NCBI GenBank assembly: GCA_002718395.1
Contig: PBEG01000013.1
Span: 1-43,731 of the forward strand
Length of the DNA stretch: 43,731 bases
Direction: 5' to 3'
Source: Chloroflexota bacterium
GTDB taxonomy: Bacteria; Chloroflexota; Dehalococcoidia; UBA2979
Numbering within the stretch: position 1 is the first letter of the stretch; each line of letters opens with the position of its first letter. Below the pieces are notes generated by a model. It made no database searches. It worked only from the letters and a program-made list of their open reading frames with translations, and was not told the DNA's origin. Shown piece after piece: positions 38,163-43,731 of the stretch. Made by a program: the position numbers and the translations under genes.

Positions 38163-39080
38163 TTGTCTAAAATTGTAATTAATAATCTTGGCAAGCTACA
38201 CGGTGATACTGCCATTACTATTGGTGTATTTGATGGCGTTCATATGGGGCATAGATATTTAATTAACCAATTAATGAAAAATGCGAACACAAATAAATTA
38301 AGTGCTGGAATTGTGACATTTGATCCTCATCCGATTCAAATATTAAGACCAGATATTGATTTTAAATATCTGCAGAGCCTTGAAAGCAGAGTGAATCGAT
38401 TACAACAAACTGGGGTAGATTTTATTAGCATAATAAAGTTTGACAAATTGTTAAGCGAGTTTAGTGCGCAAGAATTTATTAAGGAATTACAAGATCAATT
38501 GAATTTCAAATTACTTGTTATAGGTGAAGATTTTCGTTTAGGAAAAAATCAAGAAGGTGATTTAATCCGATTAAGAGATATTGCGCATAAACTAGAATTT
38601 TCTATCGAAGATATTCCTTTAAAGAGTAATAATGAGACAAAATTTTCTTCAAGTCAAATAAGAAAATTTATTACTAAGGGAGATATTAAAGAAGCCAATA
38701 AGATATTAGGTACAAGTTTTACAATTGATGGTAAGGTTGACTCAGGTGAAAAACGTGGCCGCCAGTTAGGCTTTCCTACTATTAATCTATCATTAAATCC
38801 TGATTTAATTGCACCAAAAAAAGGAGTGTACGCTTCGTTTACTAAGGTTGATGGCACTGAATATAAATCTATTGTGAATATAGGCACGCGACCAACATTT
38901 GGAATTGATAAAATACTAGCAGAATCCCATTTATTTGATTATAATGGGAATGCATATGATAAAGAAGTTACGATTTCATTGCTTGAATTTATTCGTGAAG
39001 AGGTTCAATTTGATAATAAAGATCAACTAATTAATCAAATCAATCATGATATTAAAGAAGTAAAAAGAATATTACATTAG
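38163..39080 (+). CDS. ribF: Bifunctional riboflavin kinase/FAD synthetase
   Basis: GVFDGVHMGH, TFDPHP, SSSQIR, GRQLGFPTIN, NIGTRPTF; TTG start after GGAGG. Confidence 0.96.
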   Translation: MSKIVINNLGKLHGDTAITIGVFDGVHMGHRYLINQLMKNANTNKLSAGIVTFDPHPIQILRPDIDFKYLQSLESRVNRLQQTGVDFISIIKFDKLLSEFSAQEFIKELQDQLNFKLLVIGEDFRLGKNQEGDLIRLRDIAHKLEFSIEDIPLKSNNETKFSSSQIRKFITKGDIKEANKILGTSFTIDGKVDSGEKRGRQLGFPTINLSLNPDLIAPKKGVYASFTKVDGTEYKSIVNIGTRPTFGIDKILAESHLFDYNGNAYDKEVTISLLEFIREEVQFDNKDQLINQINHDIKEVKRILH

Positions 39081-39091
39081 AAAGCAAAACA

Positions 39092-40318
39092 TTGAATTAT
39101 AAAGAACAAGCAAATTTTTTGATAAGCAATACTGAATATGGAGATGAAACACTTCGTGCAAATATGCTAAAAGAATTAGAAAAAAAATTATCAGAAGACA
39201 GACCATTAAATGTTTATTGTGGATACGATCCCACTGCAGTTGATTTAACTCTTGGTCATATTATTACAATGAGAAAATTACGTGATTTTCAGCAATTAGG
39301 TCACAAAGTTACTTTTTTAATTGGAGGTTTTACTGGTTTAATTGGCGATCCATCAGACAAAGATAAAAAAAGACCAATGCTAACAAGAGAACAATTAGAA
39401 AAAAACTCTCAAGAATACACGAGACAGGCATATAAGATATTAGATCCAAACTTGACGAATATTCGATCAAATGAAGAATGGCTTGAGTCCATTTCTTCCC
39501 AAGAATTTATTAAATTATGCTCTCATTTTACAGTAGCTCAATTTTTGGAAAGAGATAACTTTGCAAAAAGATGGAAACGCCAAGACCCCATTTATCTTTC
39601 TGAATTCTTATACGCGCTGATGCAGGGGTATGATGCAGTTCAGTTAAATGCTGATGTTCAAATTGGTGGCAGTGATCAGTTGTTTAATTTGATGGCTGGA
39701 AGGATATTGCAAAGAGAATTTGGTCAAGATCCACAAGTTATTATTACTTTACCAATTCTAGTTGGTACAGATGGTAAATTACGAATGTCAAAAAGCACTG
39801 GTAATTCAATAGGGCTTGATGAGCTTCCAAATGAAATGTACGGTAAAATTATGTCCATTCCTGATATAGCTGTTAAAAATTATTTTAATTTATTAACTAA
39901 CATAAACAATGAAGAGCTAAATAATTTATTGGATGATGTCGCATCAAAAAAATTGTCAAAAATAGATTATAAAAAAAAGCTAGCAGGATTAATTATTACA
40001 GAAATTTTTTCCATTACTGAAGCTGAACAGGCTAAGGAATATTTTGAAAATACTTTTCAAAAAGGTGAAACTCCTACAGATATGGTTGAATTTCATTTAT
40101 CTCAAATAAATAATGATGAGAGACAATTATCACGTATTTTAAATCAGGCAGAACTGCCTAATGGTCAAAAATTTGCCAAAAGCATTAGTGAAGGCAGGCG
40201 TTTAATTGAACAAAATGCAATTAGTGTTAATAATAAAAAAATTACTGAGGATGTTAATTTAAAGATTGGTGATGAAGTTCGAGTTGGTCGATTTAAATTC
40301 TTAAGATTGATTGATTAA
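39092..40318 (+). CDS. tyrS: Tyrosine--tRNA ligase
   Basis: YCGYDPT, IGDPS, YALMQGYD, GGSDQLFN, RMSKS, C-terminal S4-like domain. Confidence 0.95.
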   Translation: MNYKEQANFLISNTEYGDETLRANMLKELEKKLSEDRPLNVYCGYDPTAVDLTLGHIITMRKLRDFQQLGHKVTFLIGGFTGLIGDPSDKDKKRPMLTREQLEKNSQEYTRQAYKILDPNLTNIRSNEEWLESISSQEFIKLCSHFTVAQFLERDNFAKRWKRQDPIYLSEFLYALMQGYDAVQLNADVQIGGSDQLFNLMAGRILQREFGQDPQVIITLPILVGTDGKLRMSKSTGNSIGLDELPNEMYGKIMSIPDIAVKNYFNLLTNINNEELNNLLDDVASKKLSKIDYKKKLAGLIITEIFSITEAEQAKEYFENTFQKGETPTDMVEFHLSQINNDERQLSRILNQAELPNGQKFAKSISEGRRLIEQNAISVNNKKITEDVNLKIGDEVRVGRFKFLRLID

Positions 40319-40323
40319 TTAAT

Positions 40324-41562
40324 TTATTTATACTGTTTAAATATTAAAACTCCGTTATGCCCACCAAATCCAAATGAGTTGGACATTGCATAGTTTATTT
40401 CAAGGTTACGTTTACCTTCAGATACATAATCCAGGTCACATTCTTCATCGGGGTCATTCAAATTAATTGTTGGATGAATTGTTTGATTTTTTATACTCAA
40501 AGCTGTAACAGCCGCTTCTATTGCTCCAGCAGCTCCAAGTGTATGTCCAACCATAGACTTAGTTGAATTAATTGGTATTTCATACGCATGCTGAGAGAAT
40601 ACTTTTTTTATTGCTGCAGTCTCATTTTTATCGTTTAGCGCAGTGCTTGTGCCATGGGCGTTAATATAATCAATATCTTCTTGATTAATATTTGCTTTCA
40701 TTAGAGCCTTTTGCATAGCTCTTACTGCTCCTTCGCCATTTTCAGATGGTTGAGTAATATGAAATGCATCTGATGTTTGACTATATGAAATAATTTCAGC
40801 ATATATTTTTGCTTTTCTATTTTCTGCATGTTCTTTTTCTTCCAATATTAATATTGATGCTCCTTCAGCTAATACAAATCCATCACGATTTTTATCAAAA
40901 GGCTTAGAAGCTTTTTCTGGCCTTGCATTATCTTTGATTGAAAGTGTGCGTGATGCTCTGAATGCTGAAAGACCTAGCCTAGTAATTGCTGCTTCTGCTC
41001 CGCCAGCAATCATTGCTGTAGAGTCACCTCTTTTAATGATTTCATATGCTGTACCCACTGCGTCTGTTCCAGATGCACATGCAGAAACTGTATCAAAGCT
41101 TGGACCCTTTGCTCCATGCTGAATAGAAATTTGCCCTGCTGCCATATCTGCAATATACATTGGGACTAATAATGGAGAAACTCTCTGTGGTCCCTTATTT
41201 ACCAATACATCATATTGTTGCTCTAAGGTTGTTAACCCTCCTATGCCACATCCAATAATTACACCCGTTTCATTACTAACCTGCTCTACATTAAGATTTG
41301 AATCGAGTATTGCTTCATTTGCTGCAATAATAGCTAATTGGGTGAACCGATCCATTCTTTTTTGTTGTTTATTATCAAGATATTTTGATGGATCAAATTT
41401 AACTTCTCCAGCAATTTTTACTTCTATGTCAGACGTGTCACATAATGTCACTTCTGTTATTCCACTTTTTCCATTTAGCAGATTATTAAATGTTTCTTCA
41501 GTTGAGTTGCCAACAGGCGTTATCATTCCGATACCAGTAATTACAACTCTTTTGTTACTCAT
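40324..41562 (-). CDS. fabF: Beta-ketoacyl-ACP synthase II
   Basis: RVVITGIG, SACASG, NAHGTST, KSMVGHTLGAAG, SNSFGFGGHN; start ATG 41562 overlaps the upstream stop by 8 bp. Confidence 0.96.
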   Translation of the reverse strand: MSNKRVVITGIGMITPVGNSTEETFNNLLNGKSGITEVTLCDTSDIEVKIAGEVKFDPSKYLDNKQQKRMDRFTQLAIIAANEAILDSNLNVEQVSNETGVIIGCGIGGLTTLEQQYDVLVNKGPQRVSPLLVPMYIADMAAGQISIQHGAKGPSFDTVSACASGTDAVGTAYEIIKRGDSTAMIAGGAEAAITRLGLSAFRASRTLSIKDNARPEKASKPFDKNRDGFVLAEGASILILEEKEHAENRKAKIYAEIISYSQTSDAFHITQPSENGEGAVRAMQKALMKANINQEDIDYINAHGTSTALNDKNETAAIKKVFSQHAYEIPINSTKSMVGHTLGAAGAIEAAVTALSIKNQTIHPTINLNDPDEECDLDYVSEGKRNLEINYAMSNSFGFGGHNGVLIFKQYK

Positions 41563-42796
41563 GATCTTCCCATCTCTTAAAAATAATTGCTGCATTATGG
41601 CCACCTAAGCCTACAGAAGTACTCATTGAATAATTAACATCTTTTGTTTTTGCTGTATTAGGTACATAATCGAGGTCACAATCTGGATCATTATTTTGTA
41701 AATTAATTGTGGGTGGAATTATTTGCTCTTTACATACTAGCGCTGCAATTGCTGCTTCAGTTGCACCAGTCGCACCCATCATGTGCCCTGTCATTGATTT
41801 TGATGAAGAAACAGATAAGTTGTATGCATGATCGCCAAAAGTTGATTTTATTGCTTTGGTTTCCACTCTGTCATTTACTGGTGTGCCTGAGCCATGAGCA
41901 TTAATATAATTAATCATCTCAGGTTTCAAATTACCTTTTTTCAGAGACTGTTTTATAGCTAAACTTATACCTCTACCATTTTCATGTGGTGTTGCCATAT
42001 CATATCCATCAGCTGCATTTGCAGATGAAATGACTTCTGCATAAATTTTAGCTTTACGTTTTATTGCGCTGGTTAATTCTTCAATCACAAGAATTGTGGC
42101 TCCTTCTGATAAAGTAAAACCGCTTCTATTTAAATCAAACGGTTTACATGCGTTTGCAGGGACGTCATCTAATGCCAATGCTTTCATTGATTGAAAAGCA
42201 GCCAAATAGACTGGGTGCATTGATGCTTCAAAACCACCGGTAATCATAATATCTGCATCATCTCTCTTAATCATTTCAAATGCTTCTCCAATAACGGTTC
42301 CACCTGTTGCGCATGCAGCTGTAACAGCAAGATTCGGACCAAATGCCCCATATTCAATTGATAATAAACCGCTTGCAGTATCTGGAAGCATGTGTGTAAT
42401 TAAAAAAGGCGAAACTCTTCTTGGTCCCTTATTTTGTAATTTTTCATAATTATCAATCAATAAGTGAGCGCCTCCAATACCAGTGCCTAATGCAATGCCA
42501 GTTTTTTCAGCATGATCAGGTATATTTAAACCAGCATCTTCTATGGCTTGCTTTGATGCAGCAAGAGCTAATACTGAAGATCTATCAAGTCTTCGATTTA
42601 ATTTTTCACTTATAAAATCATTTTCACTGAAATTTTTTAATTCACCGCCATATTTACATTCAAAGTCCGAGGTATCAAAAGATTTAATATAATCAATTCC
42701 TGATTGGCCATTGATTAGTCCTTCCCATGTTTCAGAAGTATTATTTCCTAAAGGCGTTAACATTCCAATCCCTGTTATTACAACTCTTCTCTGCAT
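41555..42796 (-). CDS. fabF: Beta-ketoacyl-ACP synthase II paralog
   Basis: RVVITGIG, AACATG, NAHGSGT, KSMTGHMMGATG, STSVGLGGHN. Confidence 0.92.
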   Translation of the reverse strand: MQRRVVITGIGMLTPLGNNTSETWEGLINGQSGIDYIKSFDTSDFECKYGGELKNFSENDFISEKLNRRLDRSSVLALAASKQAIEDAGLNIPDHAEKTGIALGTGIGGAHLLIDNYEKLQNKGPRRVSPFLITHMLPDTASGLLSIEYGAFGPNLAVTAACATGGTVIGEAFEMIKRDDADIMITGGFEASMHPVYLAAFQSMKALALDDVPANACKPFDLNRSGFTLSEGATILVIEELTSAIKRKAKIYAEVISSANAADGYDMATPHENGRGISLAIKQSLKKGNLKPEMINYINAHGSGTPVNDRVETKAIKSTFGDHAYNLSVSSSKSMTGHMMGATGATEAAIAALVCKEQIIPPTINLQNNDPDCDLDYVPNTAKTKDVNYSMSTSVGLGGHNAAIIFKRWEDHE

Positions 42797-43731
42797 TAGA
42801 ATTCTCCTCTATGATTTAATATGCTGCCTATAGGATAATTATCTATTGAATCTTTCGAAATTGAAAAGCTTAATACATTTGGCATGAATTTTTTTACTAA
42901 TCTTGAAAGCACGCTGCCCGGACCAATTTCAATAAATATATTTATATTGTTTAATGAAAGAGTTTCCATATTTTTGTACCAAAGCACAGGCTTGTGTATC
43001 TGATTAGATAGTTCAAATTTAATTTTTTCTGCTGAATTTAATATCTTAGATGAAATATTGGATAGCACTGGTGTGTCTGGTATTGCAAAATTATAGTTGT
43101 TAATTACATCTGCAAATTCTTTTGATTCATTTACATGTAATTTAGTGTGACTTGAAACTCTAACTTTCAAATTAATAACCTTTGCTTTTTTACTTTGAGC
43201 AATTTTTTCAGCTTTGTTTACTGCATTTACATGTCCAGATATAACTATTTGATTTTCTAAGTTGTAATTTGCGACATCAACTCTATCATTTTCAGATGAA
43301 GTGGCTTCATTGCAAATTTTTTTGACTTCATCGATATTTAAGCCTATTACACCAGTCATTGTCACTGGTCTAATATTATAATTTTTTGACATGATTTCTC
43401 CACGTTTTGACGCAATTTCAATGCCATCTTTTAAGCTCAGACTATTACTTGCTATTGCTGCTGTTAGTATGCCTAAGGAATGCCCTGAGAAAATATTAGG
43501 AGATATGTTTATTCCTTGATCATTCAATTTTTCCTCCATGCCTTTATATAAAGCCATTGAAGTTGCAACAATAGCTGGCTGAGTTATCAAAGTATTTTTT
43601 AAATCATCCTCAGAACCATTTGTACATAAATCTAATAAATTATAATTTAATATTTCATTTGCTTCTGCAAATATTCTAGATGCATTTTTTGAGACCTGAC
43701 AAATTAGTTTTGCCATAGAGGGATATTGTGC
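42796..43731 (-). CDS. fabD: Malonyl-CoA:ACP transacylase (5' truncated by window edge)
   Basis: TQPAI, GHSLG, RGEIM, VSSH, EIGPG; frame continues upstream as AQYPSM (tail of the PGQGxQ motif); TAATG overlap with fabF. Confidence 0.92.
   Translation of the reverse strand, partial: AQYPSMAKLICQVSKNASRIFAEANEILNYNLLDLCTNGSEDDLKNTLITQPAIVATSMALYKGMEEKLNDQGINISPNIFSGHSLGILTAAIASNSLSLKDGIEIASKRGEIMSKNYNIRPVTMTGVIGLNIDEVKKICNEATSSENDRVDVANYNLENQIVISGHVNAVNKAEKIAQSKKAKVINLKVRVSSHTKLHVNESKEFADVINNYNFAIPDTPVLSNISSKILNSAEKIKFELSNQIHKPVLWYKNMETLSLNNINIFIEIGPGSVLSRLVKKFMPNVLSFSISKDSIDNYPIGSILNHRGEF

Noticed and set aside
4039-42615. About 25 short ORFs in the track lying antisense or out of frame within real genes (e.g. 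4039-4275, 11097-11408, 11586-11963, 19377-19751, 30461-30832, 41243-41608)
   Set aside because: They lie wholly or almost wholly within well-supported CDSs and have no recognisable motifs; typical shadow ORFs.
43147-43158. FabD VSSH motif resembling the PKS methylmalonyl-specific YASH
   Set aside because: Malonyl-specific E. coli FabD also has Ser before this His (VPSH), so it does not indicate an unusual extender unit.
1-43731. tRNA, rRNA, CRISPR arrays, IS elements, prophage
   Set aside because: Intergenic gaps are at most about 130 bp and AT-rich with no cloverleaf or repeat-spacer pattern; no transposase, integrase or phage proteins among the ORFs.

Overview
Gene-dense, AT-rich (roughly 30% GC by eye) bacterial chromosomal segment with very short intergenic gaps. 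The gene content (F420-type LLM and PPOX oxidoreductases, multiple family III CoA-transferases, MaoC pairs, AroH-type chorismate mutase, class I-beta DAHP synthase, NhaA) points to a streamlined marine Chloroflexota (SAR202/Dehalococcoidia-like) genome; this assignment is inference. The left part (1-22 kb) holds transporters, an orphan argC, a GGQ release-factor-like gene and a dispersed acyl-CoA catabolic toolkit. That toolkit includes a tandemly duplicated two-gene CoA-transferase module in which one partner lacks the catalytic Asp. At 22-24.6 kb lies a putative secreted lysozyme/transglycosylase-like plus beta-propeller gene pair. From 24.7 to 40.3 kb runs a 17-gene same-strand aromatic amino acid supraoperon: M50 protease-tyrA-aroA-gmk-trpEGDCFB-CPBP protease-trpA-aroH-aroF-scpA-ribF-tyrS. 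The right end carries fabD-fabF-fabF on the minus strand. I found no rRNA, tRNA, CRISPR array, transposase, integrase or phage gene. Nothing here is demonstrably a new system from sequence alone. The best candidates are the active/inactive CoA-transferase pairs with an upstream palindromic operator, the GGQ protein with an unusual C-terminal domain, the transglycosylase-like/propeller pair, and the intramembrane proteases embedded in the trp/aro supraoperon. Several start codons were moved from the supplied ORF track based on RBS and family N-termini.
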